Shown: in pieces, positions 44,614 to 54,691 of the stretch | Layout of the letters: every line of letters begins with the position of its first letter | How positions within the stretch are numbered: position 1 is the first letter of the stretch | Assembly: GCA_036374655.1 (NCBI GenBank) | Contig: DASUTJ010000078.1 | Coordinates: 10,542-74,541, forward strand | Origin: Solirubrobacterales bacterium | Lineage (GTDB): Bacteria; Actinomycetota; Thermoleophilia; Solirubrobacterales; 70-9 | Length of the DNA: 64,000 nucleotides | Direction: 5' to 3' | Translations under genes and position numbers: made by a program | Notes under the pieces: model-generated | The model's input: only the letters and a program-made list of their open reading frames with translations | What the model was told of the DNA's origin: nothing | The model's database searches: none

Positions 44614-46031
44614 GGCGTCGCTCGCCTCAGGTGCTCGACGGCCTGCTGTAGGTCCGCCGCGATCTGCGCGGTCAGTTCGTCGATCCGCTCCAGCCCCGCG
44701 GCTCCCGGCGCCTGCTCGCCCGTTTGCCACGAGAGGTCGAACCGGACCTCGTCCGAGGCCAGCAGGTCGGCGTGCGGGTAGCGGCGCCACCTGGCGGTCT
44801 CGGTGCGGTCGGATTCGCCGTAGCTGGCGACGAACTCGTGAAGGTCCTCCGGGCCCAGCGGGCGTTTCTTCAGCGAAAAGCGGTTCCCCGAGCGCAGGTC
44901 GTAGACCCACAGGGCCCCGTCGCGGACCTGCTCCCGGGAGAAGAAGAGGACGTTGGCGCTGATGCCGGCCGCGTAGAACAGCCCGGCGGGCATTCGCAGC
45001 ATGGTGTGGACGTTGCAGGTCTCCAGCAGCCGGCGGCGGATCGCGGTCGCCGCGCCGCTCTCGTAGAGGACGTTGTCCGGGAGGACGACCGCCGCGCGGC
45101 CCTTGTCTTTGAGGCAGGCGACGATGTGCTGGAGGAAGTTGAGCTGCTTGTTGGCGGTTTTGACCCAGAAGTCGGGCCGGATGACGGTCAGCCCGTCCGC
45201 CGCCTCGGAGCCGCTCGCCGTCGCGTACCTGACACTGCCTTTGACGCCGAAGGGAGGATTGGTGAGGACCACGTCCACCTGCTCTGCCGGCGGGGTGGCC
45301 AGGCTGTCTTCGCAGGCGATCGGGAGATCGTCGTCGGAGTCGCCGGAGACTTCGTGGAGGTAGAGGTTCATCGCCGCCAGCCGGGCGACCTCCTGGACGA
45401 GCTCCACCCCGCGAATCGCCTTCGTCCGCAGGTGGTCCCGCGCGGCCGGCGTCAGCCGCGGGTTCGACTCGAGGATGTGCTGGTGCGCCGCCAGGAGGAA
45501 GCCGCCGGTTCCGCAGGCCGGGTCGAGGATCACCTCGCCGGGACGCGGCGCCACGCACTCGACGATGGCGTTGATAAGCGGCCGCGGCGTGAAGTACTGC
45601 CCGGCGCCGCTCTTCGTGTCGCGGGCGTTTTTCTCCAGCAGCCCCTCGTAGGCGTCGCCCTTGACGTCGGCGGAGAAGCCGGACCACTCGGTCCGGTCGA
45701 TCAGGTCGACGACCAGCAGGCGCAGCTTCGCCGGGTCGCCGATCTTGTTGCGGGCCTCGCCGAAGATCAGGCCGAGGGTCCCGCCCTCGCTGCCGAGTCC
45801 GGCCAGCGCCTCGCCGTAGGCGCGCTGCATCGCGACCGCGTCGAGGTCCGCGAAGGACCGCCACGAGAACCGCTCGGGAACCCCGCCGCCGCCGCGTTCG
45901 TCGGCGAGTTTGAGGAAGAGGAGGTAGGTGAGCTGCTCGACGTAGTCGGGGTAGGAGAGGCCGTCGTCGCGAAGCACGTTGCAGTACTGCCAGAGCTTGC
46001 GGACCAGCTCCTGGGCGCCGGGGGCACTCAT
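44607..46031 (-). CDS. hsdM: Type I restriction-modification N6-adenine DNA methyltransferase subunit
   Basis: Start MSAPGAQELVRKLWQYCNVLR at 46031 inside track ORF 44607..46622. HsdM_N-like N-terminus, motif I ILDPACGTGGF, motif IV NPPF. Confidence 0.9.
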   Translation of the reverse strand: MSAPGAQELVRKLWQYCNVLRDDGLSYPDYVEQLTYLLFLKLADERGGGGVPERFSWRSFADLDAVAMQRAYGEALAGLGSEGGTLGLIFGEARNKIGDPAKLRLLVVDLIDRTEWSGFSADVKGDAYEGLLEKNARDTKSGAGQYFTPRPLINAIVECVAPRPGEVILDPACGTGGFLLAAHQHILESNPRLTPAARDHLRTKAIRGVELVQEVARLAAMNLYLHEVSGDSDDDLPIACEDSLATPPAEQVDVVLTNPPFGVKGSVRYATASGSEAADGLTVIRPDFWVKTANKQLNFLQHIVACLKDKGRAAVVLPDNVLYESGAATAIRRRLLETCNVHTMLRMPAGLFYAAGISANVLFFSREQVRDGALWVYDLRSGNRFSLKKRPLGPEDLHEFVASYGESDRTETARWRRYPHADLLASDEVRFDLSWQTGEQAPGAAGLERIDELTAQIAADLQQAVEHLRRATPH

Positions 46032-46888
46032 GCGATGTCGGGGATGTTGCGGAAGACGGCGGTTTCGATCCAGGGACGATCCTTGAAGCTCCGGATGTAA
46101 GCGATGGCGGCCCGCGAGTATTCCTCCCCCTCGCCGGTCATCTCGATCAGTTTCGCGGCGATTTCGGTCAGGCGTTCGACCGCGCCTGCCTCTTCTCGGA
46201 GCGTCGCCGCCTCGGCTCTGTCGCCCGCCAGGACCAGCTCGTAGACCTTGGCGTAGATGGCGCGGCGACCTCTGACGAACGGATCCCAGTCGAGGTGGAG
46301 GATCTCGCGGCTGGCCTCGACCCTTTGCACCGCCGTCTCGGAGTCCTCGTAAGCGGGCGCGACCTTCGTGTAGCCGTCCATGTCGAAGATCAGGTGCGGT
46401 GGGTCTGCGGGGTTGGTCGGGTCCAGGAGCGCCGGCTTCTCCTTGTTCTCGTCGTCCGGCGAGAAGCAGCGATCGCCCTCCTCCAGCAAGGGGAAGTGAT
46501 CCGCCTTGCCGAGCGTCGCTTCCGCGTCCTGGTTGCGGCGGGGCCGGTTGGCGCGGTGGGAGCTGAGGCGGAAGTTGCGCCAGTCGAACGCCAGCCACCA
46601 ATAGCCGCCGTGGACTTTGCACTCGACGACTCGGCCTTTCGGGCGGAAATGGTCGATGTCATCGTCGGTGCCGGGGTTCTTCGACTCCGTGTACCAGCAC
46701 TTTTCGCCGTAGATGCTCTCGAAGAGGTCGCGGAAGTCGACCCAGGCCTGGCGTTTGGCTTTCATCAGTTTCTTCCGTTTTGCCGGATCCTCCTCCGCCG
46801 CCAGGTCCGCTTTGAGTTTCTCGGCGGCTTCGATCAGCCCCTGCGCCCGCGGGTCGGCGAGGATCCGGTTGAGGTTGATGAACCTCAT
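46028..46888 (-). CDS. HNH-type nuclease-like protein (TIGR02646/PtuB-like pattern)
   Basis: 286 aa. DIDHFRPKG, WRNFRLSSHRANR, KADHFPL. ATGA overlaps at both ends (with the ATPase stop and the hsdM start). Confidence 0.68.
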   Translation of the reverse strand: MRFINLNRILADPRAQGLIEAAEKLKADLAAEEDPAKRKKLMKAKRQAWVDFRDLFESIYGEKCWYTESKNPGTDDDIDHFRPKGRVVECKVHGGYWWLAFDWRNFRLSSHRANRPRRNQDAEATLGKADHFPLLEEGDRCFSPDDENKEKPALLDPTNPADPPHLIFDMDGYTKVAPAYEDSETAVQRVEASREILHLDWDPFVRGRRAIYAKVYELVLAGDRAEAATLREEAGAVERLTEIAAKLIEMTGEGEEYSRAAIAYIRSFKDRPWIETAVFRNIPDIA

Positions 46889-48525
46889 GCCGAACGCTGC
46901 TCCTCGGACCTTTCCAGGGCGATTTCCGCCGCAACCTCTTCGGCGATCTCTTCGCGACGGCGGCGGTCCTCCTCGCTGACCTGCTCGGCGTCGGTCTCGG
47001 CCTCGCCTCCGGCGGCGGCGAAGCGGGGCATGAACTGGTCGAGGAAGAGCTGGTAGAGCGGGTCGCGGTCCTGCTTCCAGAACGGGCGGGAGTTGAGCTC
47101 GTCGGACAGGGCTCGCAGCTCGGCTCGCTCCTCGGCGCCGAGGTCGTCCTTCATCGACAGCGCCCGCAGCCGCTCGAGTTCGCGCAGGGTCGCCTCGTCG
47201 AGGCCGCCGGACGGCAGGCGGAAGAGGTCGCTGGCGAGGATCGCCTGGATGCCCATCCCCCGCGGGTCGTCCAGGGGCGCGTCGACCCGGGCGGTGCCGT
47301 TCTCGGCGCGCCGGAAGATCCGCACCTCGGGACGCCGCAGCCGGGCGAAGACGAGGGGGTCGTGGGTGGCCATCACGATGTGGGAGGTCTCGGGCTCGGT
47401 GATGAAGTGGTTGAAGAAGTCCAGGTAGCGCGTGCTCCAGGCGGGGTTCAGGTGGGTGTCCGGCTCGTCGAGCAGGAACAGGGTCTCCTTGCGGGCGGTG
47501 AACTTGAGCAGCCCCAGCACCAGCAGCAGCTGCTGCTCTCCCTCCGAGAGGTCGCGGTAGGTGATCTCGCCGCCGCCGGCCGCGGGGGTCATCCGGACCC
47601 GGGTGCGGACCTCTCCCAGCAGCTTCGAGAGGTGGGTGCTCTCGAGGGCGGTGAAGAACGCGTACGGCTTGTCGTAGTGCCGGTAGACCTGCTCCAGCGC
47701 CTCGGCGCCGGGCAGGAACAGGTACAGGCTCTCGACCTGGGGATTCTGCTTGGTCAGGTCCACCTTGATGCGCCGCGGCATCCGCGAGGGCATCAGCGCG
47801 GTCTCGTAGACGCGGTCGAGGAATTCCTGCACCTCGCCGACCGCGTGCCAGAAGCGTGGATCGCCGTCGTTGCGGTTCCAGGGCGGTTTCTTCAGTGCGA
47901 AGAGGACGCTGTCGAGGCCGTCGATCTGCAGCTCCTCGCGGAGGAAGGCGCGGCCGCCGCCGTCCTCGTCCTCGGGTTCCATGAAGAAGGCGAGCAGGGC
48001 GAACTGGCCGTACAGGGTCTCCGCGTAGAACAGTCGCCGCAGCGCGTTCGGGTCGTCCACCTTGCGGCGCTGTTCCCGATCGCGGATGAGGTAGCTGTAG
48101 AAGCGCTCGCGGTGCGGCTCGTACAGGCCCGCGAGCCGGTCGGTGAGGCCGGAGTAGTAGCCGAAGACGAAGGCGGGCCGGTAGAGCGGGCCGTCCTCGT
48201 CTTCGCTGGCGAACTCGCGCTGGGAGAGGCGGCGGAAGTCCTCCTCGCCGGCCGCCCGCGCCGCCACCTTCGGTTTCGCCTCCGCGGCCGCCTCGACTTT
48301 GACGTCCAGCCCGCGGCAGCGGTAGCGCAGCCGGTACTCGAACGGGGCCGGTTGCCCGAGGTCGAGCTGGCGGAAGATCAGGGTCAGCGCCTCGAGCAGA
48401 TTGGACTTCCCGGCGCCGTTCTCGCCGACCAGGACCGTGTAGGGCGATTCCTCGTCGAAGTCGACGTGCAGCTCGTGGAGGTTCTTGAAGCTGCTGATGT
48501 AGACCTCGTCAAGTCGCATCGGCAA
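46885..48525 (-). CDS. SMC/ABC-like AAA ATPase (AAA_15/AAA_21 type, PtuA-like / restriction-system-associated)
   Basis: 546 aa. Walker A GENGAGKSN, signature LSEGEQQ, Walker B LFLLDEPDTHL, H-loop ATHDP, acidic coiled C-terminal tail. Start overlaps the hsdS 3' end. Confidence 0.75.
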   Translation of the reverse strand: MPMRLDEVYISSFKNLHELHVDFDEESPYTVLVGENGAGKSNLLEALTLIFRQLDLGQPAPFEYRLRYRCRGLDVKVEAAAEAKPKVAARAAGEEDFRRLSQREFASEDEDGPLYRPAFVFGYYSGLTDRLAGLYEPHRERFYSYLIRDREQRRKVDDPNALRRLFYAETLYGQFALLAFFMEPEDEDGGGRAFLREELQIDGLDSVLFALKKPPWNRNDGDPRFWHAVGEVQEFLDRVYETALMPSRMPRRIKVDLTKQNPQVESLYLFLPGAEALEQVYRHYDKPYAFFTALESTHLSKLLGEVRTRVRMTPAAGGGEITYRDLSEGEQQLLLVLGLLKFTARKETLFLLDEPDTHLNPAWSTRYLDFFNHFITEPETSHIVMATHDPLVFARLRRPEVRIFRRAENGTARVDAPLDDPRGMGIQAILASDLFRLPSGGLDEATLRELERLRALSMKDDLGAEERAELRALSDELNSRPFWKQDRDPLYQLFLDQFMPRFAAAGGEAETDAEQVSEEDRRRREEIAEEVAAEIALERSEEQRSA

Positions 48526-50146
48526 CCGCCCTCAGCGTCTGGTTCTCCTCCGGCTCTCCCACTGCTTCAACCGACTCGCCGAGCTCGTCGCGCAGGGCCA
48601 GGTAGAAGCGCTCGATGTCGTCGATGTCGTTGAGGTCGAATTTCGCCGCCCGGCAGAGTCCGGGAATGTCCAGCGGGCCCGATCGCCTCAGTACGCCGGC
48701 GAGCAGGGGCTCGCCTTCCCGGACCGGCTCCTGGTCTGCGCTCATCCCCGTCTCCTCCATCAGCTCGCTATCAATATCGACTCGGTCCGGCGGCGGCTCG
48801 CCCACTCGCTCGAGCAGCTCCTCGGCAGGCTCGTCTCCCTCCTCCTGGGGCACCAGCGCGCCAGAGGCCGCGGCGGCGAGGATTTCCCGCTCGACGGTCT
48901 CGATCCCCTCCAGCGAGAGCGAGATCGTCTCCCGGCGCTCCGACGACTCGGCCAGCAGGAGCTCCGCCCGCGCGGCGATCGCGGCCTGTTCCTCGAGCGG
49001 CGGCAGCGGGAACGGCATCGCCGCGAAGCGGGTGCGGGACAGGTGGGCGATGTTCGTCGACCCGCGGGAGACGCGGCGGAACTCGCCGCTGTGCAGGTAG
49101 TGGCGGAAGACCAGGAGGGCAAACCCCGGATCCACCCGGGGACCGGCGCGGAAGCGCACCAGGGTGTTCTGGAAGCAGGCCCCGGGGAGCTCGTCCCGGT
49201 AGATGGCGGGGCGGCCGACCAGCTCGGGGCTCTGCCCCTCGTTGAGCAGGATGTCGCCCGCTTTCAGGGCGTACCGCTCGTACTCCTCCGGCGTGAAGTT
49301 CATCTCCTTGACGTCGGTCAGGTCGATCCGGTCCTCGAAGACGTTCGCCACCCGCAGGTAGGGACGCATGTCAGAGCCGCTGTGGCTCTGCGGCGAGCGC
49401 TGCTTGCCGAGCCGCACGTCCGCGACCTCGTCGACGCGGGCGATCTCCCAGCCGGGAGGAAGGTCGGGGAAGATCGAGTCTCCGGTCGCCTCTCCCTCCG
49501 CGGAGGGATTCTCCGCCAGCCGGCCGCTTGCCGCCGCCGCGAGGATCTCGGAGTCCTGTTCGCGGGTGCGCGCCAACGCCGTCTCGAGTGCCTCCCGGGC
49601 GGCGCGCAGCTCGTCGAGGCGCCGCGTCGCCTCGGCGGCGATCCGCTCCTGCTCGGCAAGCGGCGGCAGCGGGAAGGGGAGGTCGGCGAGGCGCGCCGCC
49701 CCCAGGTGCTGGATCCCGATGCCGCGGGCGGTGTCGGCGAAGACACCGGAGGCCATGTGCTGGCGGAAGACGAGCAGGGCGTACCCGGGGACGACCGCGT
49801 GGGGGCGAACGCGGATGACGGTGTTCTGGAAGCAGCAGAGGGGCAGCTCCTCGCCCCAGATGGCCGGCCTGCCCACCTGGCTTTCGCTCCCCGAGGCCTC
49901 GGTGAGCACCACGTCGCCCTCGACGAGGGCGTACACCGACCGCTCCTCCGGCGTGAAGTCCATCTCCTGCACGTCGTCCAGGTCGATTCCTCCCGCGGTG
50001 ATGTTCGCCGCCCGCAGGTAGGGGGTCGGGAACCGTCCTCCGACGTGCTGGGGCGAGCGCTGGCGACCCACCCGCACCCGGCCGACGCGGGCGACGGTCG
50101 TGCTCACCCAGCCGGGCGGAAGCTGAGAGGGGCTGGGGTCGTCCAC
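48509..50146 (-). CDS. hsdS: Type I restriction-modification specificity subunit with two homologous TRDs and a C-terminal extension
   Basis: Last 545 codons of track ORF 48509..51727, GTG start VDDPSPSQLPPGW. Two TRDs each open LPPGW and end LPFPLPPL[AE]EQ..IAA. The EILAAAASG helix is repeated. Confidence 0.85.
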   Translation of the reverse strand: MDDPSPSQLPPGWVSTTVARVGRVRVGRQRSPQHVGGRFPTPYLRAANITAGGIDLDDVQEMDFTPEERSVYALVEGDVVLTEASGSESQVGRPAIWGEELPLCCFQNTVIRVRPHAVVPGYALLVFRQHMASGVFADTARGIGIQHLGAARLADLPFPLPPLAEQERIAAEATRRLDELRAAREALETALARTREQDSEILAAAASGRLAENPSAEGEATGDSIFPDLPPGWEIARVDEVADVRLGKQRSPQSHSGSDMRPYLRVANVFEDRIDLTDVKEMNFTPEEYERYALKAGDILLNEGQSPELVGRPAIYRDELPGACFQNTLVRFRAGPRVDPGFALLVFRHYLHSGEFRRVSRGSTNIAHLSRTRFAAMPFPLPPLEEQAAIAARAELLLAESSERRETISLSLEGIETVEREILAAAASGALVPQEEGDEPAEELLERVGEPPPDRVDIDSELMEETGMSADQEPVREGEPLLAGVLRRSGPLDIPGLCRAAKFDLNDIDDIERFYLALRDELGESVEAVGEPEENQTLRAVADAT

Positions 50147-50184
50147 GGTCGGGATACAAGCTACTTCCCGCGGATGTTCCCGAA

Positions 50185-51855
50185 CTACGCGACCGGGCGG
50201 TGCCGCTCGATGATGCGGCCGAAGTCGGTACCGGCTGGGAGGGTGCCGAAGGCCTGGCCCCAGTCGCCCGAGAGGCGGGAGGCGCAGAAGGCGTCGGCGA
50301 CCGCTTCGTCGCCGTAGCGGACGAGCAGGGATCCTTGTAGGGCGAGGGCCATCTTCTCGACCACGCGGCGGGCGCGGGCCTCGATCGTCTCCAGGTCTCC
50401 CGGTAGTTCGTCGCGCAGCTCGCTGGCGAAGGCCTGCAGGCGCGGCTCGCTGACGGCGCCCTCCTCGACCTCGGCGAAGTAGGCCTCCAGCGAGGCCGGG
50501 CTCTTGACCATCGCCCGCAGGACGTCGAGACACTGGACGTTGCCAGAGCCCTCCCAGATCGAGTTGAGCGGGCTCTCGCGGAAGAGCCGCGGCATCCCGG
50601 ACTCCTCGACGTAACCGTTGCCGCCGAGGCACTCGAGCGCCTCGCCGGCGTGCATCACGGCCCGCTTGCAGATCCAGTACTTGAGGACCGCGTTGGCAAC
50701 CCGCTTCAGCTGCGCTGCCTCTTCGTCGCCGGCGATCGCTTCGTCGTAGGCGCGGGCCAGGCGCAGGGCGCCGATCGTCGCCGCCTCCGACTCGACCGCG
50801 AGGTCGGCGAGGACGTTGCGCATCAGCGGCTGCTCGACCAGCTCGCGGCCGAAGACCGAGCGGTGGGTGGTGTGGTGGATCGCCTGCGCGACCCCGGCCC
50901 GCATCCCGGTCGCGCCGCCGAGCACGCAGTCGAGACGGGTGTGGTTGACCATCTCGATGATCGTCCGCACCCCGGCGCCCTCCTCGCCGACCAGCCAGGC
51001 CGAGGCGGCGTCGAACTCGATCTCGCTTGAGGCGTTGGAGCGGTTGCCGAGCTTGTCCTTGAAGCGCTGCAGGCGGAAGCGATTGCGCTCGCCGTCGGGC
51101 GTCCAGCGCGGGAAGAGGAAGCAGGAGATGCCGCCGTCGGCCTGGGCGAGGACGAGAAAGGCGTCGCACTGGGGCGCCGACATGAACCACTTGTGGCCGG
51201 TCAGCTCGTACTCGGCGCCGGGGCCGCCGCCGTTGACGGGACGGGCGACGGTGGTGTTGGCGCGGACGTCGGTCCCGCCCTGCTTCTCGGTCATCCCCAT
51301 CCCAGCGAGGGCGCCCACCTTCTCCGGGGCGGGCGCGTTCCGCGGGTCGTAGCTGGAGGAGAGGAAGCGCGGCTCCCACTCCGCCGCCAGCTCGGGCTGC
51401 GTGCGGAGGGCTGGGATAACCGAGTAGGTCATCGAGATCGGGCAGCCGATCCCCGCCTCGGCCTGCGACATGCACATGAAGGCGGCGCCGCGGGCGACGT
51501 GGGCGCCCGGCCGCGGGTCCTTCCACGGGGAGGAGTGCAGCTCGAAGCCGACCCCGACGCCCATCAGCTCGTGCCAGGCGGGATGGAACTCGGGGATGTC
51601 GACCCGGTTGCCGTAACGGTCGTGGGTCTTCAGCTTCGGCCCGTTCTCGTTGGCGAGCCGACCGAGCTCCTGCGCCGCCTCGCTGCCGGCGTACTCGCCG
51701 GCAGCGGCGATCCGCTCGCGATCCCACTCGGCTCCCTCGCGCTTCACCGCCTCGACCAACACGGTGTCGGCCTCGAAGACGTTGTAGTCGACCAGCGGCG
51801 GCGGTTGGTTGACCACCGCGTGGTTGCCGAAGGCCTTTCGCTCGACGGTTGCCAT
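50185..51855 (-). CDS. AidB-like acyl-CoA dehydrogenase
   Basis: Start MATVERKAFGNH at 51855 inside track ORF 50185..51999. 556 aa. MTEKQGGTDV, LGNRSNASSEIEF and YVEESGMPRLFRESPLNSIWEGSGNV are typical of the AidB subgroup. Confidence 0.85.
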   Translation of the reverse strand: MATVERKAFGNHAVVNQPPPLVDYNVFEADTVLVEAVKREGAEWDRERIAAAGEYAGSEAAQELGRLANENGPKLKTHDRYGNRVDIPEFHPAWHELMGVGVGFELHSSPWKDPRPGAHVARGAAFMCMSQAEAGIGCPISMTYSVIPALRTQPELAAEWEPRFLSSSYDPRNAPAPEKVGALAGMGMTEKQGGTDVRANTTVARPVNGGGPGAEYELTGHKWFMSAPQCDAFLVLAQADGGISCFLFPRWTPDGERNRFRLQRFKDKLGNRSNASSEIEFDAASAWLVGEEGAGVRTIIEMVNHTRLDCVLGGATGMRAGVAQAIHHTTHRSVFGRELVEQPLMRNVLADLAVESEAATIGALRLARAYDEAIAGDEEAAQLKRVANAVLKYWICKRAVMHAGEALECLGGNGYVEESGMPRLFRESPLNSIWEGSGNVQCLDVLRAMVKSPASLEAYFAEVEEGAVSEPRLQAFASELRDELPGDLETIEARARRVVEKMALALQGSLLVRYGDEAVADAFCASRLSGDWGQAFGTLPAGTDFGRIIERHRPVA

Positions 51856-51919
51856 CGGCCTGATTGTGCCATGCCCTGGCCGGTCAGCCAGAACGTCGGG
51901 CAGATAGCATCGCCAACCC

Positions 51920-53134
51920 GTGGCGAAGATCAAAGTCGAGAACCCGGTCGTCGAGCTCGACGGCGACGAGATGACCCGGATCATCTGGTCGTTCATCAAA
52001 GAGCAGCTGATCCTTCCCTACCTCGACATCGAGCTCGAGTACTACGACCTCGGGATCGAGAGCCGCGACGCGAGCGAAGACAAGATCACCGTCGAAGCCG
52101 CCGAAGCGATCAAGCGCCACGGGGTCGGCGTCAAGTGCGCGACGATCACCCCGGACGAGGCGCGGGTGGAGGAGTTCGGCTTGAAGGAGATGTACCGCTC
52201 GCCGAACGGGACGATCCGCAACATCCTCGGCGGCGTCATCTTCCGCGAGCCGATCGTGATCTCCAACATCCCGCGGCTGGTGCCGGGCTGGACGAAGCCG
52301 ATCGTGATCGGCCGCCACGCCTTCGGCGACCAGTACCGGGCGACCGACCTGGTGGTCCCCGAGGAGGGGACGCTGACCCTCACCTACACGCCGAAGAACG
52401 GCTCCCAGCCGGTCGAGCTCGACGTCTACGACTTCCCCGGCGGCGGCATCGCGATGGCGATGTACAACCTCGACGAGTCGATCCGCGAGTTCGCCCGCGC
52501 CTCGATGCGCTACGGGCTGGACCGCGGCTTTCCGGTCTACATGTCGACCAAGAACACGATCCTCAAGCGCTACGACGGCCGCTTCAAGGACCTCTTCGCC
52601 GAGGTCTACGAGGCCGAGTTCAAAGCTGACTTCGAGGCCGCCGGCCTGACCTACGAACACCGCCTAATCGACGACATGGTTGCCGCCGCGCTGAAGTGGG
52701 AGGGCGGCTACGTGTGGGCCTGCAAAAACTACGACGGCGACGTCCAGTCGGACACCGTCGCCCAGGGGTTCGGTTCGCTCGGCCTGATGACCAGCGTGCT
52801 GATGAGCGCCGACGGCAGCACGGTCGAGGCCGAGGCGGCGCACGGCACCGTCACCCGGCACTACCGCCAGCACCAGGAGGGCAAGCCGACCTCGACCAAC
52901 CCGATCGCCTCGATCTTCGCCTGGACCCGCGGGCTCGCCGCCCGCGGCCGGATGGATGGAACCCCCGAGGTCTCGCAGTTCGCCGAGACGCTGGAGCGCG
53001 TCTGCGTCGAGACCGTAGAAAGCGGGAAGATGACCAAAGACCTGGCCCTGCTGGTGGGCGGCGGCCAGGAGCACCAGACCACGCAGGAGTTCCTCGCCTC
53101 GATCGACGAGAACCTCCAGCGCGCGATGGCGTAG
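51920..53134 (+). CDS. icd: NADP-dependent isocitrate dehydrogenase (homodimeric, eukaryote-like subfamily)
   Basis: 404 aa. [44 protein letters not shown]. Confidence 0.95.
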   Translation: MAKIKVENPVVELDGDEMTRIIWSFIKEQLILPYLDIELEYYDLGIESRDASEDKITVEAAEAIKRHGVGVKCATITPDEARVEEFGLKEMYRSPNGTIRNILGGVIFREPIVISNIPRLVPGWTKPIVIGRHAFGDQYRATDLVVPEEGTLTLTYTPKNGSQPVELDVYDFPGGGIAMAMYNLDESIREFARASMRYGLDRGFPVYMSTKNTILKRYDGRFKDLFAEVYEAEFKADFEAAGLTYEHRLIDDMVAAALKWEGGYVWACKNYDGDVQSDTVAQGFGSLGLMTSVLMSADGSTVEAEAAHGTVTRHYRQHQEGKPTSTNPIASIFAWTRGLAARGRMDGTPEVSQFAETLERVCVETVESGKMTKDLALLVGGGQEHQTTQEFLASIDENLQRAMA

Positions 53135-54157
<1,023 letters not shown>

Positions 54158-54170
54158 GTCACACCTAAAA

Positions 54171-54198
54171 GAAGAGGCCGGCGATTGCCGGCCTCTTC
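54171..54198. terminator. Bidirectional 12-bp GC-rich hairpin terminator
   Basis: gaagaggccggc-gatt-gccggcctcttc, flanked by aaaa on the plus strand (TTTT after the hairpin for the minus-strand gene 54220..54615). Also lies 13 nt after the mdh stop. Confidence 0.7.
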
Positions 54199-54219
54199 AT
54201 GGGTAACGGTTGGTACCGA

Positions 54220-54615
54220 TCAGCCTCCAGCCGGGTAGTACTGGCGGCCTTTCTTCTTCACCCGTCCCTCTTTCTCGAGGTCGCCGAGGACCCGGTAGAG
54301 GTAGTTGGGCTTGATTTTCATGTTTTTGGCGACGTCCGAGGCGCTGATCCCGGGCTGCCCCTCGATCAATTTCACCGCCTGGTCGGCGCGGGTCCCGCCG
54401 CGGCGTTTACGGCGACGGCGCGGACCGCTGCTGGTAGTGGCGCTGGCAGTGGCTTTTTTGGCGCTGCCGCGGGGGCGGCCGGGACCACGGCGAGTGGCTT
54501 TGCCGCCGAGGGCAGCGAGAGCCTGCTCGGCCTGCTTGAGCTGACTCTCGAGCTCGCGGACGGTTCTCTCGAGAGCATCGCGAGCCACGTCCAAATGGTT
54601 GGTGCTGGGGGGCAT
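54220..54615 (-). CDS. Small basic DNA-binding-like protein (coiled coil + AT-hook-like GRP motif + C-terminal wHTH)
   Basis: 131 aa. RRGPGRPRGSAKK, RRRRKRRGG, then ISASDVAKNMKIKPNYLYRVLGDLEKEGRVKKKG. Confidence 0.55.
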   Translation of the reverse strand: MPPSTNHLDVARDALERTVRELESQLKQAEQALAALGGKATRRGPGRPRGSAKKATASATTSSGPRRRRKRRGGTRADQAVKLIEGQPGISASDVAKNMKIKPNYLYRVLGDLEKEGRVKKKGRQYYPAGG

Positions 54616-54691
54616 CTAGTTCCTTTCCATCCAAAGTTCAGAAATACCCTGGAACGGAGTGTGCCAGAGTCACACCACACTGTGACACTCG

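Noticed and set aside
43591-45864. 757-aa minus-strand ORF spanning the M50 protease and hsdM regions
   Set aside because: It is in the wrong frame relative to hsdM and antisense to the protease. The product is Arg/Pro/Gly-rich.
48509-51727. 1072-aa minus-strand ORF suggesting a giant fusion protein
   Set aside because: Only the last 545 codons (from GTG 50146) encode HsdS. The upstream part is an alternative frame of the aidB-like gene, whose real frame ends at 50185.
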